The notes under the pieces are model-generated. The model worked only from the letters and a program-made list of their open reading frames with translations, made no database searches and was not told the DNA's origin. A stretch of DNA of 27,884 nucleotides from a virus. Its lineage: Duplodnaviria; Caudoviricetes. A program made the translations under genes and the position numbers. Shown one piece after another: positions 6,441 through 15,304 of this stretch (the first letter of the stretch is position 1; each line of letters starts with the position of its first letter). The stretch spans positions 1 to 27,884 of the IMG/VR virus record IMGVR_UViG_3300012878_000003; one strand, written 5' to 3'.

Positions 6441-7726
6441 CCAATACCGCCGCTGTGAAAATCAGCGATGCAGAGATTCGCCGGCAGGCCGCCGGCCAGG
6501 TGCGTGACCTGCGCGCCCTGGGCAACCATGGCCTGTACTTCCGGTTTCACCGGTCCCGCGAGCGTGGGTCGTGGTACCTGATCCACAAGGGAAAGTGGAA
6601 TCTGATCGGCTCATACCCTGAGCTGAGCGCTGCCAAGGTGGCCGCCGCACTGCCGGATATCCGCCTGCGTCTGGAGGGCGGCGAAGGTTCGAGCCTGTCG
6701 AGCTGGGTGCTGATTGGCGAGCTGCTGGTCTGGTTTGCTGAGCGCATGTCCCGTGATCGCAGCCTGTCGGCCAAGCGTAAGAGCACCGCCGCTTCGGCGA
6801 TCAAGCAGCACCTGGTGCCGCGCTTGGGCGAAACGCCACTGGCCCAGATCGACAAGGCGCTGCTGGATCGCGAACTGATGTGGCCGCTACAAGAGTCGCT
6901 GTCGATCGACTACGTGCGCCTGGTGTTCCAGCTGCTGGCTCTGGCCTTCCGGCAGGCCGCCAAGCTTGGGTTGATCAGCACCAATCCCATGGCCGGCATC
7001 CGCTTCCGTGATTTCTCCAAGGCCAAGGTCACGGTCAAACCGTCGAGACTGCGTGGTGTGCATCTGGAAGACCTGATGGCGCGCATGAAGAGCACTCTGG
7101 CCCATAACCCGCAGCATGGTCTGCTGGCCCTGATGATGCTGTGCCACGGCACCCGGCTGGGCGAGACCCGCATGGCCCGCTGGAGCCATATCAGCCTGGC
7201 CGAAAGGGAGTGGTTCATTCCTGCCGAGCACACTAAGACCAGTGTTCAGCACCGACTGCCACTGACCGACCAGGTGCGCCTCCTGCTGATGGCCTGCCGC
7301 GAGATCCAGCTCAAGCAGGGTTACGAGGGCGAGTTCTTGTTCCCGGGGCGGCAGGGCAAGCCCATGAGCGAGTCGAAGGCCTCTGCGGTGTTCGCGATCA
7401 TGGGACAGGGAGAGTGGACCAGCCACGACCTGCGCAAGCTTGCCCGCACCGGTTGGGCTGACCTGGGTGTTGATCATCTGGTGGGCGAGCTGCTGATCAA
7501 CCACGCCATGGGCCACAACGTGAAGGTGTACATCCAGTCCGACGTCATGGCCCGCAAGCGCGAGGCGCTGGAGAAGTGGCATGCACACCTTGATCAGAAG
7601 GGTTTCGCCTCGGTTCACGGCTTGACCGGTGATAGATCAACGGATTCATGGATTCTCTGCAAGGCCGCAGAGCGCGCGGGCTTCGACGGACTTCCGGTAT
7701 CCACCATAAGCGAGGATTCGAAGTGA
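6437..7726 (+). CDS. Tyrosine recombinase/integrase (P4-like arm-binding N-terminus)
   Basis: 429 aa; GTRLGE (R), HTKT (K), HDLRK (HxxR), LINH (H), VYIQ (Y); N-terminal LYFRF...SWYL...IGSYPELS. Confidence 0.9.
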   Translation: MTNTAAVKISDAEIRRQAAGQVRDLRALGNHGLYFRFHRSRERGSWYLIHKGKWNLIGSYPELSAAKVAAALPDIRLRLEGGEGSSLSSWVLIGELLVWFAERMSRDRSLSAKRKSTAASAIKQHLVPRLGETPLAQIDKALLDRELMWPLQESLSIDYVRLVFQLLALAFRQAAKLGLISTNPMAGIRFRDFSKAKVTVKPSRLRGVHLEDLMARMKSTLAHNPQHGLLALMMLCHGTRLGETRMARWSHISLAEREWFIPAEHTKTSVQHRLPLTDQVRLLLMACREIQLKQGYEGEFLFPGRQGKPMSESKASAVFAIMGQGEWTSHDLRKLARTGWADLGVDHLVGELLINHAMGHNVKVYIQSDVMARKREALEKWHAHLDQKGFASVHGLTGDRSTDSWILCKAAERAGFDGLPVSTISEDSK

Positions 7727-8043
7727 CAAGGAAGAGCCATGGCCCTGCCTTCAAGAAGGCTGCGATCAAGTTGGCTCAGTGCCCTTTGTGCCGTGGGAGA
7801 GCGGTCACTCAGGGAGTATTTCACGAACTGCCATGCGGCCACTGCCATGCCTCGGGCTTTGTGGCGGCTGCAACTGGTGAGGCCCTGGCCCTGGATGAAC
7901 TGGTGACCCAGCTCAGCATGAGGCTCCGGGCAGCGCTCCGGCAGATCGAGCAGTTGAAGAACCCTCAGGCATCCGGGCCTGAGGCGACATATCAGGGAAG
8001 CAACCGGCGCGGCGCCGGCGGCACCAACCACACCGGTGATTGA
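7723..8043 (+). CDS. Zn-finger hypothetical protein
   Basis: GTG 7723 overlapping recombinase stop, GAGG SD; CPLCRG..CGHCHASG. Confidence 0.75.
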   Translation: MTRKSHGPAFKKAAIKLAQCPLCRGRAVTQGVFHELPCGHCHASGFVAAATGEALALDELVTQLSMRLRAALRQIEQLKNPQASGPEATYQGSNRRGAGGTNHTGD

Positions 8044-8049
8044 GGGGGG

Positions 8050-8397
8050 ATGGACATGAACAATCTAGAAAAGACGGCCGAGTATCTGCTGGAGCATTGG
8101 GGCCGCTGGGTAGTGTTGGGCTCGGGCGTTTCGTGCTGCGCATCGCGGGAGAACACCATCCTTGATCCGATGATCACGGACGACGATGCTCTGTTCATTG
8201 ATCGGCTGGTTGGCCGACTGAACAAGCGCTACCCCGAGTGCGGCCAGGTCATCATCAAGTACTACTCCTCCCGAGACACCGCCCTTAGGGATGTGGGCAA
8301 GAAGCTGGGCTTCGGCGAGGAGAAGACCAGGCAGTTGTGGAAAGCGGGTGTCGCTTGGGTCGATGGCGCGTTGGATATTCGTCGTGAGGCCGCTTGA
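8050..8397 (+). CDS. Q: Late antiterminator Q-like protein
   Basis: LLEHWGRW...ITDDDALFIDRLV...YY...GVAWVDG; immediately followed by PR'-like promoter and terminator. Confidence 0.88.
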   Translation: MDMNNLEKTAEYLLEHWGRWVVLGSGVSCCASRENTILDPMITDDDALFIDRLVGRLNKRYPECGQVIIKYYSSRDTALRDVGKKLGFGEEKTRQLWKAGVAWVDGALDIRREAA

Positions 8398-8437
8398 CAT
8401 CCCCGGGCCGCAACTGTAACTTTCACGTTACTTTGCG
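8394..8437 (+). promoter_or_regulatory. PR'-like late promoter with -10-like pause element
   Basis: TTGACA(8394)-17 nt-TAACTT(8417), then TACTTT-GCG (8429-8437) at about +1. Confidence 0.8.
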
Positions 8438-8451
8438 GTTTTTCCGCGTGC

Positions 8452-8479
8452 AAAGCCCGTTTTGAAAGCGGGCTTTTTT
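8452..8479 (+). terminator. tR'-like terminator
   Basis: AAAGCCCG...CGGGCTTTTTT. Confidence 0.85.
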
Positions 8480-8519
8480 GCTTTCTGGGCTTTGCCTTTC
8501 GTGATGCAGGACGAGCGAT

Positions 8520-9065
8520 ATGGATGGACTCACCCCTCAAGTCTGGTTTCCAGTAGTTACCTTAATCGTAGGGGTGCTGCTTAAAGCATTGTTCGATGCT
8601 TTGACAGACAGCAGGAAGGCAGCAGTCGAAAAGGAAGTCCGACTGGAAAAGCGCAAAGAAGCCATCCTAATGCAGCGGATTGAATCGCAGAGGAAGACGC
8701 TTGAGGAGCTACAGGCAGCTGTATCCAATCTGGTTCGCTGTGCATCGTTGGGCCATATCAATGATGCGGAAGCTTTTCATAAAACTGGCGCATGGGCCAA
8801 AGGTCTTCTCCCAGAAGAATTGAATGAAAAAACCAGAGCTGCATTCCGTGAGGTGGCTCTCTTGAAGGTTCGCGCCCACGACCCTCAGTTAAGGCATTTA
8901 GTCTCGCAGCTCTCCAGTCTCTGCTCTAGCGTGCCCTTCGCTTTGTCGTTCGATGATTCAGAGCAAACCGTTTTCGCTGCCGGATCTTTGTTCTCGGATG
9001 TCAACGAGGCAATCGGTGAAGCCCTCAGGTGTTTGGAAGGCGAAGAACAGGCGCTCCTCGTTTAA
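8520..9065 (+). CDS. Moron: low-GC protein with N-terminal TM helix and helical/coiled-coil body
   Basis: 181 aa; VWFPVVTLIVGVLLKALF hydrophobic segment; visibly AT-richer codons; flanked by terminators. Confidence 0.85.
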   Translation: MDGLTPQVWFPVVTLIVGVLLKALFDALTDSRKAAVEKEVRLEKRKEAILMQRIESQRKTLEELQAAVSNLVRCASLGHINDAEAFHKTGAWAKGLLPEELNEKTRAAFREVALLKVRAHDPQLRHLVSQLSSLCSSVPFALSFDDSEQTVFAAGSLFSDVNEAIGEALRCLEGEEQALLV

Positions 9066-9101
9066 TGATCAGCTGAACAATTGATTCAAGATTTCCATAC
9101 A

Positions 9102-9133
9102 AGCCTCGGCATTCGCCGGGGCTTTTTCGTTTT
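9102..9133 (+). terminator. Intrinsic terminator after moron
   Basis: AGCCTCGGC-loop-GCCGGGGCT-TTTTCGTTTT. Confidence 0.75.
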
Positions 9134-9215
9134 CGGCTCCACCACGCCCATCGCTCCGAGCTGGGAGTGCTGTTGGGGCCGAACTTATTGCGCTCCCCAA
9201 AAGGGAGGAACCGAG

Positions 9216-9539
9216 ATGCCAAACATGCCCGAGAAGGATCCTGGCCTGTGGGCCGCTGTGCTCGCCTGGGTGCTGGCTCACCAGCCTCAGTTGTATGCCG
9301 CTGGCCTGTCGGTCGCGATCGCTGCCCTCCGGGTGGTGTATGGCGGTGGCACTCGTCGGCAGATGTGTCTGGAGGGTGCGCTCTGCGGCCTCATCACCCT
9401 GGCTTTGGTGCCGCTGCTCGAATGGATGGGCTTGCCGCAGGGCATGGCCACCTTCGCAGGCGGTGCTGTTGGCTTCATGGGAGTGGAAAAGCTTCGCGGC
9501 TACTCCGATCTGTTCCTGTCCCGCAAGGCACAAGGCTGA
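9216..9539 (+). CDS. Holin, lambda S family, two in-frame starts (9216, 9225)
   Basis: MPNMPEKDP..., three hydrophobic segments, GFMGVEKLR motif, basic C-terminus; GGGAGG SD. Confidence 0.9.
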   Translation: MPNMPEKDPGLWAAVLAWVLAHQPQLYAAGLSVAIAALRVVYGGGTRRQMCLEGALCGLITLALVPLLEWMGLPQGMATFAGGAVGFMGVEKLRGYSDLFLSRKAQG

Positions 9540-9877
9540 TGGCCAGGCTTAAAACGCTCGGCTCCCGCCTCAAGGAGAGCGCAGGATCGCGGGTCAAGGT
9601 GGTAACGCCTGGCAGCTGGCGGAGCGGCATGACCAGTTCCCAGCGTGGCTACGACTACCGATGGCAGAAGGCCCGAGAGCAATACCTGCGTGACAACCCG
9701 CTGTGCGCCTACTGCGCCCGGCAAGGGCGAACGGCAGCAGCCAGCGTCGTCGACCACATCGTGGCGCACCGAGGCGACAAGGATCTCTTCTGGGATCAGG
9801 CCAACTGGCAGCCGCTCTGCAAGCCCTGTCACGACTCGGTCAAGCAGGCCGAGGAGGCTGCTGGCCTAGTCCACTGA
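9539..9877 (+). CDS. HNH endonuclease (HK97 gp74-like terminase accessory)
   Basis: RGYDYRWQKAR..PLCAYC..VVDHI..NWQPLCKPCH; located just upstream of terS. Confidence 0.9.
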   Translation: MARLKTLGSRLKESAGSRVKVVTPGSWRSGMTSSQRGYDYRWQKAREQYLRDNPLCAYCARQGRTAAASVVDHIVAHRGDKDLFWDQANWQPLCKPCHDSVKQAEEAAGLVH

Positions 9878-9939
9878 TGGTCAGCAGTTCCTCGCGAGGC
9901 GCGTCCGGAGGCTTCAAGGCACGTCAGTGGCGTGCTTCT

Positions 9940-10015
9940 AAGGTGGGGGGAGGTCAAAATATAGCGATTCTCACCTAGCTAGACCGCCTCCGACCCCACG
10001 TACACATTTTTTCCC
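9940..10015. other. Putative cos/packaging initiation region
   Basis: Non-coding HNH-terS gap with G-run GGGGGGAGGTC, CTAGCTAG palindrome, GACCGCCTCCGACCCC and T-tract; positional inference only. Confidence 0.45.
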
Positions 10016-10034
10016 GTTTCAGGAAAAGTTAACC

Positions 10035-10526
10035 ATGGCTTTAACCGACAAGAAGCGGCGGTTTGTTGACGCTTTGTTGTCGGGAGCCACAAATCGTGAG
10101 GCGGCGATCGCTGCCGGATATTCCGAGAAGACCGCGTCGCAAGCGGGCTCCAAGCTGGCCAAAGATCCCGATGTCCTCGCAGAAGTGGGGCGTCGGCTCA
10201 AGCAAAAGCAGGAGACCAGCGTCGAGGTTAAACCTGGCCGAAAAGTTAAAGGTGACGACCCTGCGGATGGTGAGCAGGGCGATGTGGCGCTCACCGTCAC
10301 TGACGACCCTCGCGTCTTCCTTACCGAGCTGATGAATGCCGATTCGGCTGATCTGCGCATGCGTCTGGAAGCAGCCAAAACGCTGATGCCCTATGTGCAC
10401 GGAAAGGTCGCCGACCAAGGCAAGAAAGATCAGAAGGCCGAGGCCGCCAAAGAGGCAGGCAAGGGCAAGTACTCCCAGGGCAAGCCGCCGCCGGGCAAGC
10501 CGTCACTCAGTATGGTCAAGGGGTAA
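10035..10526 (+). CDS. terS: Terminase small subunit
   Basis: LTDKKRRFV...AAIAAGYSEKTA...GSKL HTH; precedes terL. Confidence 0.92.
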   Translation: MALTDKKRRFVDALLSGATNREAAIAAGYSEKTASQAGSKLAKDPDVLAEVGRRLKQKQETSVEVKPGRKVKGDDPADGEQGDVALTVTDDPRVFLTELMNADSADLRMRLEAAKTLMPYVHGKVADQGKKDQKAEAAKEAGKGKYSQGKPPPGKPSLSMVKG

Positions 10527-10529
10527 GTC

Positions 10530-12209
10530 ATGCAATGGACTACTGCCTGCCCGGACTGGTGGCGACTTTTGGCTTCCGGCGAGTCGATCATCCCGGAGCC
10601 GCTTTTCCCGGATGAGGCGGAGGCCAGCCTTGAGGTGTTCAAGGGACTGAGGATTGTCGATGCCCCTGGCAGCCCGACGATTGAGGCATCTTGCGCGCCG
10701 TGGGTGCTGGCCTTCGCCGGTGCGGTGTTCGGCAGCTACAACAGCGAAACCGGCGAGCGCCTGATCCGTGAAGTGATGCTCTGCATCCCGAAGAAGAACA
10801 GTAAATCGACGATTGCCGCCGGCATCATGCTGACAGCTCTGATCCGCAACTGGCGGCTTTCGGCAGAGTTCATCATCTTGGCCCCGACCAAGGAGATTGC
10901 CGACAACTCGTTCATCCCGGCCAAGGATATGGTGAACAACGATGATGAGCTGAAGGCCCTGCTGCATGTGCAGCCGCATCTTCGGCTGATCACCCATCGC
11001 GAGACGGGGGCCACCTTGAAGGTGGTGGCGGCAGACAGCGACGTGGTTGGTGGCAAGAAGGCCGTCGGCGTGTTGATCGATGAGGCCTGGTTGTTCGGCA
11101 AGAACCCCAAAGCGGCTGACATGATCCGCGAAGCCACTGGCGGCCTTCTGTCCAGGCCGGAAGGTTTCATCATCTGGCTGACCACGCAGTCGAACGAGCC
11201 GCCGGCCGGGGTGTTCCGGTCCAAGTTGAACTACGCCCGCGGCGTGCGGGATGGTCGCATCGACGACAATCGCTTCCTGCCGATCATCTACGAGTTCTCT
11301 CAGGAGATGATCAAGAGTGGCGATGCCCGGAAGCCTGAAAACTTCCACCTGGTCAACCCGAACATCAACTACTCGGTAGACCGGCCAACGCTGGAGCGCC
11401 TGCACATGCAGGCCGAGATCGATGGCGAAGCGGAGATGCGCGGTTTTTTAGCCAAGCACCTCAACATTGAGATCGGCCTGGCGCTGATGTCCGACAGCTG
11501 GGTCGGCGCTGCCTTCTGGGAGCCACAAGCCAGGGACGGAATGACGCTGGACGACCTGCTCGAGCAGTGCGAGGTGATCGTGGCCGGTGTCGATGGTGGC
11601 GGTCTTGATGACCTGCTTGGGCTCGCGGTGGTTGGCCGGGTTCGCGAGTCGAGAACCTGGCTGCACTGGGCGCATGCCTGGGCCCACCCGTCTGTACTTG
11701 AGCGCCGAAAATCCGAGGCCCCGCGCCTTCTGGATATGAAGGCCACCGGTGACGTAACCATCGTCGACAAGATCGGCGACGACGTGGATCAACTGGCCGC
11801 CATCGTGGCCAGGATCAACCAAGCAGGATTGCTCGACAAGGTCGGGCTTGACCCGGCCGGCATCGGTGCCGTGCTGGATGCGCTGGCCGATGTCGAGATC
11901 GACGAAGAGCAGGTGGTTGGTATCTCGCAGGGATGGAAGCTCACCGGCGCGATTAAGACGACCGAGCGACGGCTGGCTGAGGGAACGCTCATCCATTGCG
12001 GCCAGCCCCTCATGGCTTGGTCCTGCGGCAATGCCAAGGGTGTGCCCTCGGCAAACGCCTTCCTGATCACCAAGCAGGCTTCCGGTACCGCAAAGATTGA
12101 CCCGCTCATGGCGACCTTCAACGCCGTGTCGCTGATGGCCCTCAACCCTGAGGCCCGCGGCGGCCTGGACGACTACCTCAACAACGGCTTCTTCGGATTA
12201 GTAGGCTGA
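10530..12209 (+). CDS. terL: Terminase large subunit
   Basis: Walker A-like IPKKNSKST, Walker B VLIDE, nuclease GVDGG..D and KIDPLMA. Confidence 0.95.
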   Translation: MQWTTACPDWWRLLASGESIIPEPLFPDEAEASLEVFKGLRIVDAPGSPTIEASCAPWVLAFAGAVFGSYNSETGERLIREVMLCIPKKNSKSTIAAGIMLTALIRNWRLSAEFIILAPTKEIADNSFIPAKDMVNNDDELKALLHVQPHLRLITHRETGATLKVVAADSDVVGGKKAVGVLIDEAWLFGKNPKAADMIREATGGLLSRPEGFIIWLTTQSNEPPAGVFRSKLNYARGVRDGRIDDNRFLPIIYEFSQEMIKSGDARKPENFHLVNPNINYSVDRPTLERLHMQAEIDGEAEMRGFLAKHLNIEIGLALMSDSWVGAAFWEPQARDGMTLDDLLEQCEVIVAGVDGGGLDDLLGLAVVGRVRESRTWLHWAHAWAHPSVLERRKSEAPRLLDMKATGDVTIVDKIGDDVDQLAAIVARINQAGLLDKVGLDPAGIGAVLDALADVEIDEEQVVGISQGWKLTGAIKTTERRLAEGTLIHCGQPLMAWSCGNAKGVPSANAFLITKQASGTAKIDPLMATFNAVSLMALNPEARGGLDDYLNNGFFGLVG

Positions 12210-12211
12210 CC

Positions 12212-13426
12212 ATGGCATTCAAATGGTACAACCCCGCGACCTGGGGATTCTTCGGTTACACCGACCCAGCCACGGGCGACTATGTTGAGGTTGACCTTGA
12301 GGTCGGCGGCAAGCGCACCAAGGCGGGCGTGCGCGTAACCGCGAAGACGGCACTGTCCGTCAGCATGATCTGGTCCTGCGTCAAGATTCTCTCCGAGTCA
12401 CTGAGCGGCCTGCCGCTCAAGCTGTACGAAGATAAGGGTGGCAAGCGGGCGCAGGTCGTGAGTAATGACCGCTACGCCAAGCTGCTGCGCAAGCCGAACC
12501 CCTACATGACCATGTTGAACTTCCTCAAGTTCGTGGTTGTGAACATGGCCCTGTGCGGCAATGCCTTCGCCCTGATCGAACGCAACAGGAATGGTGATGT
12601 GACCGGCATCGTCCCCCTGGACGGCAAGACGGTCACCATCGATACCGACGAGGACCTGATCTATTGGGTAACTCCTAGCAAGGGTGATCGGTTCCCGGTG
12701 TCGCCGGAGAACATGCTGCATTTCAAACTGTTCAGCATGGACGGCATTGTCGGCCTGTCACCCATCGAGCACCAGGCGGAAACCATGGGCCTGGCGAAGG
12801 CAGGTCAGCAGTGGTCGGCGCGCTTCATGCGCAAGGGCGGCTTCACCGGCGGCTACGTCATCTACGAACAGTTCCTCACCAAAGCCCAGCAGGCGCAGGT
12901 GATGGAGAAGTTTCCCGACGTGCGCAAGGCCGACGCTGACGACATCGGCAAGATGGCAATTCTCCAGGGAAACCCGAAGATCGTTCCGGCTGGCATCAGC
13001 CAGAAGGATGCGCAGTTCATCGAGTCGCAGCAGTTCCAGGAAGAAGCCTTGGCTGGCATCTACGGCGTTCCGCTGTGGCTGGCCAACCGTGCCGGCAAGA
13101 CCTCGATCATGGGCTCGAACCTTGAGCAGCAGCTCACCGGCTACATCACCTTCGGGCTGAAGCCCTTCATCGATGCGGTGGAGGACGAATTCAACGACAA
13201 GATTTTCGCGGCCTTATCGCGATTCGCCGAGTTCGCTGTCGAGGGCTTGTTACGGGCGGACAGTGCCGGTCGCGCCGCCTATTACAAGGCTGCGCTCGGG
13301 GGCTCAGGTGGCTCCGGTTGGATGTTCATCAACGAAGTCCGTGCGAAAGAAAATCTGCCGCCCCTGGAGGGCGAAGAATACAACCGGGTCACCCGATGGG
13401 AGATGCAAAAAAATGGCGAGCCTTGA
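12212..13426 (+). CDS. Portal protein, HK97 family
   Basis: CVKILSESLSGLPL, PNPYMT, GNAFALI, GLSPI, YGVP, INEVRAKENLPP motifs. Confidence 0.95.
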   Translation: MAFKWYNPATWGFFGYTDPATGDYVEVDLEVGGKRTKAGVRVTAKTALSVSMIWSCVKILSESLSGLPLKLYEDKGGKRAQVVSNDRYAKLLRKPNPYMTMLNFLKFVVVNMALCGNAFALIERNRNGDVTGIVPLDGKTVTIDTDEDLIYWVTPSKGDRFPVSPENMLHFKLFSMDGIVGLSPIEHQAETMGLAKAGQQWSARFMRKGGFTGGYVIYEQFLTKAQQAQVMEKFPDVRKADADDIGKMAILQGNPKIVPAGISQKDAQFIESQQFQEEALAGIYGVPLWLANRAGKTSIMGSNLEQQLTGYITFGLKPFIDAVEDEFNDKIFAALSRFAEFAVEGLLRADSAGRAAYYKAALGGSGGSGWMFINEVRAKENLPPLEGEEYNRVTRWEMQKNGEP

Positions 13427-14054
13427 ATGCCCATTCGAACTCAAGTCCGTTGACGACGCCGGCAATTTCGAGGGCTACGCCGCGGTATTCAATAACGTGG
13501 ACCTTGGCGACGACGTGATCGTGCCAGGGGCCTTCACCCGGGTGAAGGCGACCCGCAGCGGCAAGCTCAAACTGGCCCTGTACCACGACCTGACCCGCCT
13601 GGTCGGCGCCGCCGATTACAGCCAAGACGACCACGGCCTGCTGGTGAAGGGCCAGGTCAACCTCAACGTGAGCTACGCCCGCGACGCCTACGAACTGATG
13701 AAGGCCGAAGTTCTCGACAGCATGTCGATCGGCTTCAACACCATCAAGGCCGATTTCGAGGAGCGCGCCGGTCGGCGCGTGCGCGTTATCAAGGAGGCCG
13801 AGTTGTGGGAAGCCTCCTTCGTCCCGTTCGGCATGAACCCTCAGGCGCAAGTCCTCAGCGTCAAGTCGGACATCAGGCTTTTCGAGAAGGCCCTGCGTGA
13901 ACGCATGGGCCTCTCGCAGAAGGAAGCGGCGGCAGTCGCTTCGCTCGGCTACACCGCGCTACGCCGTGACGGCGGAAGCGAGGCCACGGCGATCGTGGAT
14001 GAGCTGAAAGACATTTCCAACCTGTTCACCCACCATTTCGGAGTAGCACGATGA
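13413..14054 (+). CDS. Prohead protease, HK97 family
   Basis: FEGYAAVFNNVD..D...GAF, LYH, SMSIGF, LWEASFVPFGMNP. Confidence 0.93.
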   Translation: MASLECPFELKSVDDAGNFEGYAAVFNNVDLGDDVIVPGAFTRVKATRSGKLKLALYHDLTRLVGAADYSQDDHGLLVKGQVNLNVSYARDAYELMKAEVLDSMSIGFNTIKADFEERAGRRVRVIKEAELWEASFVPFGMNPQAQVLSVKSDIRLFEKALRERMGLSQKEAAAVASLGYTALRRDGGSEATAIVDELKDISNLFTHHFGVAR

Positions 14055-15250
14055 GCGAAGTAAAAGAACTGAAGGATTCCCTGGAGCTGCAACTGAAGAG
14101 CGGCTTCGAGGGGTTGCAGAAGAAGTACGATGCGGCCATGGACGAGGTCCAGAAAGGTAACCAAGTGGCTGGCGACCTGAAAAAGCAGATCGAAGACCAG
14201 AAGGGCGAGCTGCAGAAGGTCATCGACCAGGTCGTGGATCTGGAGCAGAAGGGTGTCAAGCTGCGCGGCCAGCCTGGCGAGGGCAAGAGCTTCATCGACC
14301 TGATCAAGGGCGACGAGAGCTACAAATCGCTGAAGCGCGGCGGCGGCCTGGCCGAGCTCGATGTAACCAAGTCCGACATGGCCAGCATGAAGGAAATGAA
14401 GGTCACCAGCGCTGGCATCGTTGCCCCGCAGTACGACCCAGTGATCCAGCCGGGTATTCGCCAGGAGCTGCGCATCCGTGACCTGCTGACTGCTGTTCCG
14501 GTGTCCGGCCAGAACTACACCTACTTCCGCGAGAACCTGCACACCCGCGGTGCGGCGCCGGTCGCTGAGGGCGGCCTGAAGCCGACCAGCAATGTCACCT
14601 TCACCACTGAAACCGACCGCGTGAAGAAGATCGCGGTCTGGATGCCGGTGACCGACGAAGCGCTGGACGACGTTCCGCAGCTGTTCGCCTACCTGCAGCA
14701 GCTGCTGCGCTACGACCTGAAGCTGGAAGAAGAGGCGCAGATCCTCAAGGGTGACCGTACCGGCGAGAACCTGAACGGCCTGATGACGCAGGCCACCAGC
14801 TACAACACCGCGCTGAGCAAGGCTGGCGACACCGCCATCGACCTGGTCCGCCGCTCCATCTACCAGGTGCGCAAGCAGTCGCAAATGTCTGCCGACGGCG
14901 TGGTCATGACTGAGCTGGACTGGATGAACATCGAGCTGCAGAAGGACGGTGAGAACCGTTACCTGTTCGCCAACCTGCAGGGCCTGGTCACTCCGATCCT
15001 GTGGGGGCGCCCGGTGATCACCTCCGACAGCATGGACGAGGGCGATGCCGACACCGGCGGCGAGTTCCTGACTGCGAACTTCGCGCGCTCCACCACGCTG
15101 TTCGATCGCATGTCGTTCCTCTTCAAGATGGGTCTGATCAACGACCAGTTCATCAAGAACGAGCGTGCTCTGCTGGTTGAGGAGCGCCTGGGCTTGGGCG
15201 TGCGCCGCAAGGAAGCTCTTGTGAAAGGCCGGTTCCCGGCCGGCGCCTAA
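14051..15250 (+). CDS. Major capsid protein, HK97 family with N-terminal delta domain
   Basis: Coiled-coil N-terminus; IRDLL, VAEGGLKP, LWGRPV, FIKN...EERLG motifs. Confidence 0.96.
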   Translation: MSEVKELKDSLELQLKSGFEGLQKKYDAAMDEVQKGNQVAGDLKKQIEDQKGELQKVIDQVVDLEQKGVKLRGQPGEGKSFIDLIKGDESYKSLKRGGGLAELDVTKSDMASMKEMKVTSAGIVAPQYDPVIQPGIRQELRIRDLLTAVPVSGQNYTYFRENLHTRGAAPVAEGGLKPTSNVTFTTETDRVKKIAVWMPVTDEALDDVPQLFAYLQQLLRYDLKLEEEAQILKGDRTGENLNGLMTQATSYNTALSKAGDTAIDLVRRSIYQVRKQSQMSADGVVMTELDWMNIELQKDGENRYLFANLQGLVTPILWGRPVITSDSMDEGDADTGGEFLTANFARSTTLFDRMSFLFKMGLINDQFIKNERALLVEERLGLGVRRKEALVKGRFPAGA

Positions 15251-15264
15251 CGTAACCCCACCGA

Positions 15265-15293
15265 AGGCCGGCACATCGCCGGCCTCTTCGTTT
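15265..15293 (+). terminator. Terminator-like hairpin after capsid gene
   Basis: AGGCCGGC/GCCGGCCT stem followed by CTTCGTTT. Confidence 0.65.
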
Positions 15294-15304
15294 CTGGAGG
15301 AAGC

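Noticed and set aside
6400-7760. Independent mobile element or att site around the tyrosine recombinase
   Set aside because: Gene overlaps both neighbours by 4 nt, with no intergenic space, flanking repeats or composition shift.
13403-13426. Portal-protease fusion by slippage on the A7 run
   Set aside because: Protease is in the +1 frame with its own ATG and GGAG SD; a -1 slip leads to an unrelated short frame, and A7 is short for transcriptional slippage.
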